Of a stretch of 46,691 nt of DNA, positions 35,166-44,453 are shown one piece after another; the first letter of the stretch is position 1; every line of letters starts with the position of its first letter. Position numbers and translations under genes: made by a program. Under the pieces are notes generated by a model, which was not told the DNA's origin, did no database searches, and saw nothing but the letters and a program-made list of their open reading frames with translations. Source of the DNA: Candidatus Omnitrophota bacterium (GTDB lineage Bacteria; Omnitrophota; Gorgyraeia; JABMQH01); NCBI GenBank assembly GCA_026387595.1, contig JAPLLL010000127.1, forward strand, positions 1 to 46,691. The letters run 5' to 3'.

Positions 35166-36549
35166 CCTTAAGGAGTATTGCGGATTATTCGGCGTATACG
35201 GCCACAAGGACGCGGCCCGGCTCACGTATCTGGGCCTTTATGCGCTGCAGCACAGGGGCCAGGAGAGCGCAGGCATAGTGTCTTCCGATGAAAAAGATGT
35301 GCGCCAATTCAAAGGCATGGGACTTGTCGCGGATGTTTTTAACAACGAAAATATGAAGGCCCTTTCCGGGAATCTCGCTATAGGGCATGTACGTTATTCT
35401 ACGACCGGCTCGTCAATATTAAAGAATGCGCAGCCGTTTGTCGCGGAATACGCGAACGATACCTTTGCGCTGGGCCATAACGGAAATCTTGTCAACTCGG
35501 TCGAGCTGTGCGCTAAACTGGAACGACAAGGCACGATATTCCAGACCACGATGGATAGCGAGATAATACTGCACTTGATAGCGCATTCAAAGAAACCCAA
35601 TCTAAAGGATAAATTGATAGACGCCCTTTCAAAAATAAGAGGCGCTTATTCGCTGGTCTTACTGACGAAAGATCAGATCATAGGCGTGCGCGACCCTAAC
35701 GGTTTCAGGCCGTTGTGCCTGGGCCAGATAGACGGCTCATGGGTCCTGGCGTCCGAGACCTGCGCGCTGGACCTTGTCCAGGCGCGGTATGTGAGGGACA
35801 TAGAACCGGGCGAAATAGTTTTTATAAATAAAAGGGGCATAAATTCCGTGAGCCCGTTCCCGAAAGTCAAACATTCATTTTGTATCTTTGAATATATATA
35901 TTTTGCCAGGCCCGACTCAAATATTTTCGGAAACAGCGTGTATTTTGCCAGGAAAAAACTGGGCGCGCAGCTTTTTAAAGAGCACCCGGCTGACGTGGAC
36001 ATGGTCATGCCGGTCCCGGATTCGGGCAATTATGCGGCGCTCGGCTACGCCGAAGCTTCCGGGATCCCTTTTGAAATGGGTATCGTGAGGAACCATTATG
36101 TGGGCAGGACGTTTATCCAGCCTACGCAGCACATAAGGGATTTCGGCGTGAAGATCAAATTAAATCCTGTAAAAGAAGTTTTAAAGGGAAAGCGCGTTGT
36201 TATAGTTGAAGATTCTATAGTGCGCGGCACAACTTCAAAGGCAAGGGTAAAGGCCCTGCGCGACGCCGGCGCAAAAGAAGTGCACATGCGCGTAAGCTGT
36301 CCCCCGCTAAGGCACCCATGCTATTACGGGATAGATTTTCCCACAAAAGAGGAACTTATCGCTTCTTCCATGAGCGTTGAACAGATACGCGATTTTGTGG
36401 GCTTAGACAGCCTTGGCTATCTGAGCCTGGAGGGCATGCTTTCCTCTATGGCGCTTCCGAAAGAAGAATTCTGTATCTGCTGTTTTACGGGCGATTACCC
36501 GATCCCGATTAAGCATGCACTGTCTAAGCATTCATTAGAAAAGGCTTAG
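35146..36549 (+). CDS. purF: Amidophosphoribosyltransferase
   Basis: MQKKNYSLKEYCGLFGV (propeptide plus Ntn Cys), the PRTase motif VIVEDSIVRGTT and the C-terminal Fe-S cysteines. The track ORF from 34903 is an upstream extension. Confidence 0.9.
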   Translation: MQKKNYSLKEYCGLFGVYGHKDAARLTYLGLYALQHRGQESAGIVSSDEKDVRQFKGMGLVADVFNNENMKALSGNLAIGHVRYSTTGSSILKNAQPFVAEYANDTFALGHNGNLVNSVELCAKLERQGTIFQTTMDSEIILHLIAHSKKPNLKDKLIDALSKIRGAYSLVLLTKDQIIGVRDPNGFRPLCLGQIDGSWVLASETCALDLVQARYVRDIEPGEIVFINKRGINSVSPFPKVKHSFCIFEYIYFARPDSNIFGNSVYFARKKLGAQLFKEHPADVDMVMPVPDSGNYAALGYAEASGIPFEMGIVRNHYVGRTFIQPTQHIRDFGVKIKLNPVKEVLKGKRVVIVEDSIVRGTTSKARVKALRDAGAKEVHMRVSCPPLRHPCYYGIDFPTKEELIASSMSVEQIRDFVGLDSLGYLSLEGMLSSMALPKEEFCICCFTGDYPIPIKHALSKHSLEKA

Positions 36550-36552
36550 AAG

Positions 36553-37023
36553 ATGAAGCCTATTTATTTGACCCGCGAGGGTTACGAAAAGCTGCACAAA
36601 GAATTGGGGTATCTTACAAAAACCAAGCGGCGGGAGATCTCAAAACAGCTTGAGTTCGCGCGCGGGCTGGGCGATCTGCGCGAGAACGCCGAGTATGATT
36701 CCGCCAAGCAGGCCCAGGCACTTCTGGAAAAAAGAATAGCGGAACTTGAGGCCCAACTTAGCCAGGTCACTATTCTTGACGACACGAAAATGGATAAAAG
36801 CAAGGCCTATCTGGGCGCGGCGGCCACGCTAAAGGATATGGACTCGGGCGAGGAAATAGTATATACTTTGGTTAATCAGGAAGAGGCTGATATTTCGCAG
36901 AACAAGATCTCGATCAATTCGCCTGTGGGTAAGGCTTTGTTGGGCCACAAAACAGGTGACATCATTGAAATAAACGTTCCTGTTGGGACTTTAAAATACA
37001 AGGTAACGAAGATATCACGGTAA
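36553..37023 (+). CDS. greA: Transcription elongation factor GreA
   Basis: LTREGYEKL...GDLRENAEYDSAK coiled coil plus the C-terminal SINSPVGKALLG. Confidence 0.9.
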   Translation: MKPIYLTREGYEKLHKELGYLTKTKRREISKQLEFARGLGDLRENAEYDSAKQAQALLEKRIAELEAQLSQVTILDDTKMDKSKAYLGAAATLKDMDSGEEIVYTLVNQEEADISQNKISINSPVGKALLGHKTGDIIEINVPVGTLKYKVTKISR

Positions 37024-37042
37024 AAATGAGGGAGGGTGAAAC

Positions 37043-37324
37043 ATGATGGGACATATGGGTGGCATGGTGAAGCTTCCAATGTTACTTGCAACTATGGCGT
37101 TAGGTTATTGGGTCTGCCTTAAGGCGGACGAGAAAAAAGGTTTTCTTAAGGAACTTGGTTATTGGATAGGTTGCGTAATTATTGTCGCAAGCGTCATTAT
37201 CGCGCTCTGCAAACCTGTCTGCGGCGTGTTGTTTAAGAAGGGCCCGTGCATGGGCCAGATGCCGGGCGCCGGCAAGATGATGATGATGCACAAGTGTCCG
37301 ACCTGCGGCGGGATGAAGAAATAA
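37043..37324 (+). CDS. Small two-helix membrane protein with a Met/Cys-rich tail
   Basis: GAGGGAGGG lies upstream. 93 aa, with an MMGHMGGM N-terminus, two hydrophobic helices and the tail CMGQMPGAGKMMMMHKCPTCGGMKK. Confidence 0.5.
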   Translation: MMGHMGGMVKLPMLLATMALGYWVCLKADEKKGFLKELGYWIGCVIIVASVIIALCKPVCGVLFKKGPCMGQMPGAGKMMMMHKCPTCGGMKK

Positions 37325-37406
37325 AACAGCAATTTGTCCCTCGCACTTAAGCAGTGGTTACAATGGGTGCTCGGGACGATTTGCTTAGAGAAAACGAGAG
37401 CAAATC

Positions 37407-37488
37407 GCGGAAGTGGCGGAACTGGCATACGCGTACGGCTCAGGACCGTATGGGTAACACCATGAGGGTTCAACTCCCTCCTTCCGCA
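37407..37488 (+). tRNA. tRNA-Leu (anticodon CAG), type II with long variable arm
   Basis: Acceptor GCGGAAG/CTTCCGC; anticodon stem TACGG/CCGTA with loop CTCAGGA; T-arm GAGGG-TTCAACT-CCCTC; discriminator A; no encoded CCA. Confidence 0.85.
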
Positions 37489-37507
37489 TTTTTTAAGCGT
37501 TTCTGGA

Positions 37508-37536
37508 TTGACAACTAAAGTATTTATGATATGATT
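37508..37536 (+). promoter_or_regulatory. Possible promoter of the hydrogenase operon (TTGACA-17-ATGATT)
   Basis: A perfect -35 at 37508-37513. The AT-rich -10 region TATGATATGATTATAT offers several hexamers. Confidence 0.3.
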
Positions 37537-37559
37537 ATATCCTTGTAGTGGAAAAAACA

Positions 37560-37592
37560 GGGGTCTTCTGGTAGGTTTCGCTGGAAGGCCCC
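37560..37592 (+). other. Stable 5'-leader hairpin upstream of the hydrogenase operon
   Basis: GGGGTCTTC / GAAGGCCCC 9-bp stem (one G-U pair), extendable by wobble pairs. No T-run follows, and it lies 18 nt before the first gene. Confidence 0.4.
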
Positions 37593-37609
37593 TTAAGCTA
37601 AATGAATTG

Positions 37610-39043
37610 ATGAGTACACAGTTTTTACTTATAACCGCAGTTGCAGCGCCGCTTATAGCAGTTTTGTTCATACCGCTTATAGGCAAATTTTCCAAACAGG
37701 CAAGGAATGTCCTTTCGCTCATTGCCGCTGTTGTGCCTTTTATTGCCTGCGCGATCCTGGCCTTTGCGGTCTTGAAAGGGGACAGTCCGGAACCGGTTTT
37801 ATTTTTCGGCCTTGCCCTAAAGGCGGACATGCTGGCCGTATTCATGGGTCTTGTATCCTCGTTTTTAAGCTCGCTTATTATCCTGTATTCATTTGACTAT
37901 ATCAGCCATTACCGGGACCAGAACGAATATTATTTCATGGTGGTATTGTTCCTGGGCGCAATGATGGGCCTGGTATTTTCGTCCAATCTCATATTGCTTT
38001 ATGTTTTCTGGGAGATCACAGCCATAACCAGCTGGCGGCTGATAGGGTTTTTCAGGGACAGGGAATATGTGTTGAAAGCGGACAAGGCGTTCCTGGTAAC
38101 TGCATTCGGCGCCCTGGCCATGCTTATCGGTTTTATAATGATCTATCAGACAACAGGCTCTTTTGATCTTGCGGCAATAAAAGAAAATTTAAAAACATCC
38201 CCGATAGCAAACCTTGCGGTATTACTGATACTCGCCGGCATATTTTCTAAATCGGCAACGCTCCCGTTCCATACCTGGCTTCCGGACGCAGGTGTTGCGC
38301 CGTCGCCTGTTACAGCGCTCCTGCATGCGGCTATCTTGGTCAAGATAGGCGTGTATGTTTTTGCCAGGCTTTTTCTGGCCACGTTTAACATGGAACAGTT
38401 CTGGCATACGGTTGTGCCGGTCATAGCTTTTTTAAGTGCGATCATATCCGCCGGCGCAGCGTTTATTGAAACCGATTTGAAACGGCTTATCGCGTTTTCA
38501 ACGATAAGCCAGATAGGTTTCATCTTCTTCGGGCTTGCCATCGGCAACGAGATGGCCGTTGTCGGCGGCCTGTTATATATCCTTATGCACGGCATAGCCA
38601 AGGCAGGCCTGTTCTTGTGCGCAGGCATAATCGAGCAGAATACGAAAATAAGGGACATCACTAAATTAGGCGGGCTCATCAAGACAATGCCGGTTACGGC
38701 GATAGCATTTTTGCTATGTTCCTTTTCAGTAATGGGCATACCGCCGTTCGGCGGTTTTTTTAGTAAATATCTGGTATTTTCCGGCGCAATCAAGAGCGGC
38801 CATTTATTCATTACGGCAGCGTTCCTTGTCGCAGCATTCATGACGATATTGTACCTTTTCAGGGTGTTTAATATGGTATTCCTGGGCGAAGCGCGCTCAC
38901 CGCAGGTAAAAGAGGCCAGCCCAACCATGGTTTTCACAGTAGCGTCGCTTGGAGTTCTTTCCTTGATAAGCGGCATACTTGTCTGGTACCCGTATAAGTT
39001 TGTGCAGGACGCTGTCTGGCAGATGATGGGAATGGTAAAATGA
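37610..39043 (+). CDS. Antiporter-like subunit (NuoN/NuoM/MnhD family)
   Basis: Multi-pass membrane protein with LPFHTWLPDAGVAPSPVTALLHA and the proton_antipo_M pattern. Confidence 0.8.
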   Translation: MSTQFLLITAVAAPLIAVLFIPLIGKFSKQARNVLSLIAAVVPFIACAILAFAVLKGDSPEPVLFFGLALKADMLAVFMGLVSSFLSSLIILYSFDYISHYRDQNEYYFMVVLFLGAMMGLVFSSNLILLYVFWEITAITSWRLIGFFRDREYVLKADKAFLVTAFGALAMLIGFIMIYQTTGSFDLAAIKENLKTSPIANLAVLLILAGIFSKSATLPFHTWLPDAGVAPSPVTALLHAAILVKIGVYVFARLFLATFNMEQFWHTVVPVIAFLSAIISAGAAFIETDLKRLIAFSTISQIGFIFFGLAIGNEMAVVGGLLYILMHGIAKAGLFLCAGIIEQNTKIRDITKLGGLIKTMPVTAIAFLLCSFSVMGIPPFGGFFSKYLVFSGAIKSGHLFITAAFLVAAFMTILYLFRVFNMVFLGEARSPQVKEASPTMVFTVASLGVLSLISGILVWYPYKFVQDAVWQMMGMVK

Positions 39044-40872
39044 CGCAAAATTTATTATTTCTTCCCATAATTATACCGCTTGCAGCGGCGATCATTTGTA
39101 TTCTGACGCCGAGAAACCTGCGGCCTGCGCAGGCCATGATCGCTTTAGCCGCCACGCTGATCAATCTCCTGATCTCGGCAGCGCTTTGGGGCAGGCAAAT
39201 TTCTTTTTCAGCTCCGTGGTTAGGGATCGGCTTTGAGTTTTCTCTTAGGCTGTACCACTTCAGCGCGTTCATAATGCTTTCCGTAGCGAGTTTCGGGTTC
39301 CTGGTCACGCTTTACTCTACGGTGTTCATGCGGGACAGGAATTCCCTGGGCCAGTTTTACGCTTATTTTCTTCTGACGCTTTCATTTGCCGCAGGCGCGG
39401 TACTTGCGGACAATCTCCTGGTTTTATTATTATTCTGGGAAGGCCTGCTGCTTGCGCTTTTCGGCATGATCATAATAGGGAATAAGTCCGCGTTCAAGAC
39501 CGCGACAAAGGCGTTTATTATCGTGGGCATTACCGATCTGTGCATGATGACAGGCATTGCCCTTACGGGAAAACTTGCCGGCACGCTGACGATGTCACAA
39601 ATAAATCTTCCGTTGGGCGGCCTGGGCAGTGTCGCGTTCATATTGTTAATGATAGGCGCAATTTCCAAGGGCGGGGCAATGCCGTTCCATACCTGGATAC
39701 CTGACGCTGCAGTGGATGCGCCGCTGCCGTTCATGGCGCTCGTCCCTGCTGCGCTTGAAAAGCTCCTGGGCATTTATTTTCTTACAAGGATCTCGCTAGA
39801 CCTGTTCCAGCTGAACCCGGGCTCATGGGTCAGCGTGTTGCTCATGACAATAGGCGCTGTAACCATAATCCTTGCGGTAATGATGGCGCTCGTTCAGAAA
39901 GACTATAAGCGACTTTTGTCCTACCATGCCATAAGCCAGGTGGGTTATATGATCCTGGGCATCGGCACAGCAGTGCCTGCCGGGATCATAGGCGGGCTGT
40001 TCCACATGATAAATAATGCGTTATACAAAAGCTGCCTGTTCCTTACGGGCGGCTCGGTCGAGAAACAGGCAGGCACGACTAATCTCGAAGAATTGGGCGG
40101 GCTAAGGTCCAGGATGCCTGTTACATTTGCCTGTTTTGTCATTACCGCGCTTGCCATATCAGGCGTGCCGCCGTTTAACGGATTTTTCTCCAGGGAACTT
40201 GTTTATGACGGAGCGTTGTCTAGGGGCTGTATCTTTTATGTTGCGGCTGTTGCAGGCTCATTTTTTACGGCCGCGTCGTTTTTAAAACTTGGGCACGCGG
40301 CGTTTCTCGGTAAAATAAACGATAAGAACAAAGGCGTTAAAGAAGCCTCGTTTGCGATGCTGTTTCCCATGATGGTCATCGCGCTTATCTGCGTGCTTTT
40401 CGGTTTGTATAATTATCTTCCGATAAATAAACTTATACAGCCTGTGCTGGGCGAAGCCCGGCTCGAAGGCCATGACTATAGCGGGTTTCCGCATAATATA
40501 ACGCTTGTTCTGGTAACGGTTATAGTGTTGATAGGCGCGCTGGCGAATCATATTTTTGGCGTAAAAAGAACAGGGGCGGGCCTTAAGGCAGTGGACCATA
40601 TTCATTACGCCCCAGGCCTGTCCCAGATATATTCAATGGCTGAGAAGCGATATTTTGACCCATATGAAATAGGCATGAAATTCGCGCAGTTTGCAGCCAG
40701 GATCATCTGGCGCATTGACAGGGCAATAGACTGGGTTTATGACAGCTTGTTAACAGGCGCTGCCCATGCCTTTTCGAAAGTGATAAGAGGCATGCATACC
40801 GGATATTATCCGGTTTACATTGCGTGGTCCATTTTAGGCACTGCGGCGGTTTTATTGTTTGCTTTAAAATAA
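39040..40872 (+). CDS. Antiporter-like subunit (NuoL/MnhA family, long form)
   Basis: 610 aa, with MPFHTWIPDAAVDAPLP and a C-terminal extension. It overlaps the upstream gene (ATGA). Confidence 0.8.
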   Translation: MTQNLLFLPIIIPLAAAIICILTPRNLRPAQAMIALAATLINLLISAALWGRQISFSAPWLGIGFEFSLRLYHFSAFIMLSVASFGFLVTLYSTVFMRDRNSLGQFYAYFLLTLSFAAGAVLADNLLVLLLFWEGLLLALFGMIIIGNKSAFKTATKAFIIVGITDLCMMTGIALTGKLAGTLTMSQINLPLGGLGSVAFILLMIGAISKGGAMPFHTWIPDAAVDAPLPFMALVPAALEKLLGIYFLTRISLDLFQLNPGSWVSVLLMTIGAVTIILAVMMALVQKDYKRLLSYHAISQVGYMILGIGTAVPAGIIGGLFHMINNALYKSCLFLTGGSVEKQAGTTNLEELGGLRSRMPVTFACFVITALAISGVPPFNGFFSRELVYDGALSRGCIFYVAAVAGSFFTAASFLKLGHAAFLGKINDKNKGVKEASFAMLFPMMVIALICVLFGLYNYLPINKLIQPVLGEARLEGHDYSGFPHNITLVLVTVIVLIGALANHIFGVKRTGAGLKAVDHIHYAPGLSQIYSMAEKRYFDPYEIGMKFAQFAARIIWRIDRAIDWVYDSLLTGAAHAFSKVIRGMHTGYYPVYIAWSILGTAAVLLFALK

Positions 40873-40882
40873 GGAGAAGAGA

Positions 40883-42307
40883 TTGCTTTCGTTATTTATC
40901 TTGCTTCCGTTTTTTTGCCTGATCGCGGTTAACCTGCCGGTTAAAGGCGCGAGAAGGCTTGCGTTCTGGCTGACAGCATCATTATTTGTGCTGCAAATAT
41001 TGGCAGTTCTTCTGCATCCCTCAGTCTTCTGGGGCATGAAAGAGGACCTGTTCGCGAATTTCTTTGCGATAAATTTTTCCGTAAATAACCTGAGCCTGGT
41101 GATTTTCCTGACGATAGGGATCGTAGGGCTCGTTTCTTTGATCATCGGAAAATATACCCTGGCGAACAGGCCGGACAGGTTCCATTTCACTAACCTGCTT
41201 CTTACCGCGCTTATAGGCATGAATGCGCTTGCCTTGCTTACAGACCTGTTTTCCATGTATGTGTTCATAGAGGTCACGGCGCTCTCATCCTTTATACTTA
41301 TCGCGGTACAGAGGGAAAAGACCGCGCTGGAAGGCGCCTTCAAATATCTTATTATCTCGACCATTGCAAGCGCGCTTATGCTTTCATCCGTAGCCCTGAT
41401 ATTGCTGGTCTCAGGCAGCACTTCCTTTGATGTTGTTTCGGCAGCGTTAAAGGCCTCAAGCGGCAGCGTATTTGTCAAACTTGCTGTTGCGCTGTTCCTA
41501 TGCGGGCCTTTCATAAAATCAGGGCTAGTGCCGTTCCATGGCTGGCTGCCTGACGCGTATTCCGCCGCTCCGTCCGCAGTATCAGTGCTTTTAGCCGGAA
41601 TAATAACAAAGGTATCCGGCGTGTATGTGCTGATGAAACTTGTCATGTCGGTCTTTGGTTTTACACCGGTAATACGGGATATTCTTATGTTTGCCGGGGC
41701 GCTGTCAATAGTTTTTGGCGCGCTGGCAGCCATTGGCCAGAAAGATTTTAAAAGGATGCTTGCGTATTCATCCATAAGCCAAGTCGGCTACATCATAATC
41801 GGCCTGGGATGCGGGACAAAACTTGCCATAGCCGGCGCCGCGCTGCATTTTTTCAATCACGCGGTTTTTAAATCCCTGCTCTTTACAAATGCCGCTGTAA
41901 TGGAGCAGAAGCTGGGCACTGTGGATATGGACAAAATGGGAGGGCTTACCTCAAGGATGCCGTTTACGGGCATGACGTCATTGATCGCATTTTTATCGAC
42001 TGCAGGCATACCGCCGCTGTCGGGTTTCTGGAGCAAGCTGCTTATTGTGGTTGCGCTCTGGACATCAGGCATGCATGGTTACGCTGCAATAGCGCTTTTG
42101 GCTAGCGTGCTTACGCTTGCGTACTTTTTATCGATGCAGCGCCGCGTATTTTTCGGGAAGCTGCGTCCGGGACTTGAAGCCGTACAGGAGGCAGGGACCG
42201 GCCTTGTAATTACACAGGTAGCGCTTGCCCTGGTCATACTCGGCGTCGGCCTTGGCTTTCCTTTTATGCTGAAAACCCTGGCCCCGTTAAAAAACATATT
42301 ATGGTGA
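40883..42307 (+). CDS. Antiporter-like subunit (NuoM/NuoN/MnhD family)
   Basis: TTG start after AAGGAG; VPFHGWLPDAYSAAPSAVSVLLA. Confidence 0.8.
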   Translation: MLSLFILLPFFCLIAVNLPVKGARRLAFWLTASLFVLQILAVLLHPSVFWGMKEDLFANFFAINFSVNNLSLVIFLTIGIVGLVSLIIGKYTLANRPDRFHFTNLLLTALIGMNALALLTDLFSMYVFIEVTALSSFILIAVQREKTALEGAFKYLIISTIASALMLSSVALILLVSGSTSFDVVSAALKASSGSVFVKLAVALFLCGPFIKSGLVPFHGWLPDAYSAAPSAVSVLLAGIITKVSGVYVLMKLVMSVFGFTPVIRDILMFAGALSIVFGALAAIGQKDFKRMLAYSSISQVGYIIIGLGCGTKLAIAGAALHFFNHAVFKSLLFTNAAVMEQKLGTVDMDKMGGLTSRMPFTGMTSLIAFLSTAGIPPLSGFWSKLLIVVALWTSGMHGYAAIALLASVLTLAYFLSMQRRVFFGKLRPGLEAVQEAGTGLVITQVALALVILGVGLGFPFMLKTLAPLKNILW

Positions 42308-42308
42308 A

Positions 42309-42809
42309 ATGATGATAGATCTGATACTTCTTATTTGTCTGGTCCTGGCCGCTTTCTGGGCTGTCGTGGCTGCCAGGATGTTAAAGGCAGTGGTGGGGCT
42401 CGCCCTTACCAGTGTTATAGTTTCAATACTTATGTTCCGGATGAACTCGCCCCTGGCAGCGGTATTTGAGCTTTCGGTTTGCGCCGGGCTCATACCGGTT
42501 ATTTTCATCACCACTATCAGTTTTACAAAGCGGCTGAGCTGGGAGGCCTATCTCGAAAGAAAGAAAGAGATCTTTTCAAGGTTCTGGTATCTGCCGGTTA
42601 TTCTGGTGATAACAGTTGTGCTGCTTAGCAGGTATAAGATAGCTGCTGATTTTATATTACCGCAGGCCCCAGCCGTGACTGATGTGCGCCATGTATTATG
42701 GAACCTTAGGCAGTCTGACCTGTTCGGCCAGATAATAATATTATTGATCGGCGCTTTCGGTGTGGTTACGCTGTTTAAGGTAAAACAGCCAAAGGACAAG
42801 CCCAAATGA
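42309..42809 (+). CDS. NuoJ/MnhB-like membrane subunit
   Basis: 166 aa. AAVFELSVCAGLIPVIFITTISF resembles the NuoJ core helix. It sits immediately upstream of a NuoK-like gene. Confidence 0.5.
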   Translation: MMIDLILLICLVLAAFWAVVAARMLKAVVGLALTSVIVSILMFRMNSPLAAVFELSVCAGLIPVIFITTISFTKRLSWEAYLERKKEIFSRFWYLPVILVITVVLLSRYKIAADFILPQAPAVTDVRHVLWNLRQSDLFGQIIILLIGAFGVVTLFKVKQPKDKPK

Positions 42810-43126
42810 ACGAAACAGCCATGCAGGCCTTCTGGTTTTTCGGGATCTTTATCTCGTTGTTGTTCATTATAGGCGTGTATTGCATATTAGCTACGTTTAA
42901 TCTGCTCAGGGCGCTTATAGGCGTTGAGGTCCTGATAAAAGGCGCCACGCTGCTCATCATACTAGCGGGTTATCTGACCGGCAACACCGCTTTAGCGCAG
43001 GCATTCGTAATAACGCTTATAGTTATTGAGGTGGTTGTAATGGTTGTTGCCGGAGGCGTTATCCTGTGGGTATTCAGGCATAACGGGGCTATTGACGCAA
43101 GAAAACTGACCGATCTAAAAGGATGA
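42806..43126 (+). CDS. NuoK/MnhC-like membrane subunit
   Basis: 106 aa with three helices, and LIGVEVLIKGATLLII with the conserved Glu. Confidence 0.7.
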   Translation: MNETAMQAFWFFGIFISLLFIIGVYCILATFNLLRALIGVEVLIKGATLLIILAGYLTGNTALAQAFVITLIVIEVVVMVVAGGVILWVFRHNGAIDARKLTDLKG

Positions 43127-43130
43127 GGCA

Positions 43131-43484
43131 ATGAACGTTAAAACCTTGCTTATGCCGCCGTTTGCGTTCCTGATAATATTGGCTGCCGGGATCCTTATGC
43201 TCCGCCTTTTTGCAAGATGCAGCTTCAGATCAAATAAGCAACAGACGGAGGGTTCGAAGAAGTCTTACGCCTGCGGCGAAGATTTTAATGAGCATATGAT
43301 CCAGCCTGACTACAGCAGTTTTTTCCCGTTCGCCTTCTTTTTTACTATTTTGCACGTAGTGGCGCTGGTAATTGCCACGTTGCCCCTTGAAACCAATGCT
43401 GTCAGAGCGATCGTCATTGCCGTTATTTTCCTGTCGGGCGCTGTCATAGGCCTGCTGACGCTGCTCAGGGAGGTAGAGGACTGA
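43131..43484 (+). CDS. NuoA/MbhI-like membrane subunit
   Basis: KSYACGED followed by FFPFAFFFTILHVVALVIATLP, parallel to the NuoA YECG...F motif arrangement. Confidence 0.5.
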   Translation: MNVKTLLMPPFAFLIILAAGILMLRLFARCSFRSNKQQTEGSKKSYACGEDFNEHMIQPDYSSFFPFAFFFTILHVVALVIATLPLETNAVRAIVIAVIFLSGAVIGLLTLLREVED

Positions 43485-43972
43485 TGGCAATTATTAAAAA
43501 GATCATAAACTGGGGCAGGATCAAGTCGCCGTGGGTGCTGCATTTTAATACCGGCGCATGCAATGCCTGCGACATAGAGATCATAGCATCGCTTACGCCC
43601 CGCTACGACCTGGAACGTTTCGGCGTCCTGTTAAAGGGAACACCCAGGCACGCGGACATACTTTTATGTTCTGGCCCTGTTACCAAACAGGTGGAATGCC
43701 GGCTGCTCAGGATCTATGAACAGATGGCTGAGCCAAAATTTGTCATTGCAGTGGGCAGCTGCGCCTCAAGCGGAGGTGTTTTTGGCTGCTGTTATAATGT
43801 GGAAGGCGGCATAGATACTGTCATACCGGTGTCAATTTATATACCGGGCTGTCCTGTGAACCCGCAGGCGCTTATCGACGGCCTTGTAAAGTTGCTGGCC
43901 AGTTTGGAAGGTCCCTCGCCTTGCATGAAAGACTCAAAGGCTCGGGACGATTTGCCAATAGGAAAACCATAG
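43484..43972 (+). CDS. [NiFe] hydrogenase small subunit / NuoB-like (group 4)
   Basis: Cluster ligands in GACNACDIE, GSCASSGG and IPGCP. Confidence 0.85.
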   Translation: MAIIKKIINWGRIKSPWVLHFNTGACNACDIEIIASLTPRYDLERFGVLLKGTPRHADILLCSGPVTKQVECRLLRIYEQMAEPKFVIAVGSCASSGGVFGCCYNVEGGIDTVIPVSIYIPGCPVNPQALIDGLVKLLASLEGPSPCMKDSKARDDLPIGKP

Positions 43973-43991
43973 CAAATCGGAGAAATCGAAA

Positions 43992-44453
43992 ATGAGTAAC
44001 GAGGAAGATATAAAGCAGAAACTGATCGAAAAATTTAACTATATGGATAACGCCGTTACCATAAAGCGGGAGCGGCGCATATTCGCGGACGTGGCTATAG
44101 GGCACTTTACCGAAGTTTTTGACTACCTTGTCAGGCAGGCAGGCTTTATCAGCCTTTGCGCCATCACAGGCATGGACGAGGGTAATAACACTTTTGCGGT
44201 AATATACCATATAAGCAATTTTGGCGGTGCCGTATTCAGCCTGCGGACCCGCATCCCAAGGGAAAACCCTACGGTAAAAACCATAACAGGTTATTTTGCT
44301 TCCGCAGATATCTATGAAAGGGAGCTTATGGACCTGCTGGGAATAAAAGTGGACGGCCTTAACGAAGGCCGCAGATATCCTCTTCCTGATAATTGGCCCC
44401 AGGGCCAATACCCATTGCGTAAAGAGTGGAAGAGGGAGGCTAAAAATGCATGA
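43992..44453 (+). CDS. NuoC-like (30 kDa) subunit
   Basis: ADIYERELMDLLGI and YPLRKEW, typical of NuoC/MbhK/HycE-N. Confidence 0.8.
   Translation: MSNEEDIKQKLIEKFNYMDNAVTIKRERRIFADVAIGHFTEVFDYLVRQAGFISLCAITGMDEGNNTFAVIYHISNFGGAVFSLRTRIPRENPTVKTITGYFASADIYERELMDLLGIKVDGLNEGRRYPLPDNWPQGQYPLRKEWKREAKNA

Noticed and set aside
37336-37405. Hairpins between the small Met/Cys-rich gene and tRNA-Leu (GTCCCTCGCAC/GTGCTCGGGAC and GATTTGCT/AGCAAATC), and a TTGTCC-19-TACAAT promoter-like string.
   Set aside because: The first stem has an internal 2-nt mismatch and a long loop. Neither hairpin is followed by a T-run. The promoter spacer of 19 nt is too long for a confident call. They may be tRNA processing or terminator elements, but this is not supportable by eye.
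8727-37609. Riboswitches upstream of the biotin, purine or thymidylate genes.
   Set aside because: The relevant genes are separated by 0-20 nt or overlap. The only sizeable leaders (8727-8824, 28347-28449 and 37489-37609) show no motif I can recognise as a known riboswitch class.
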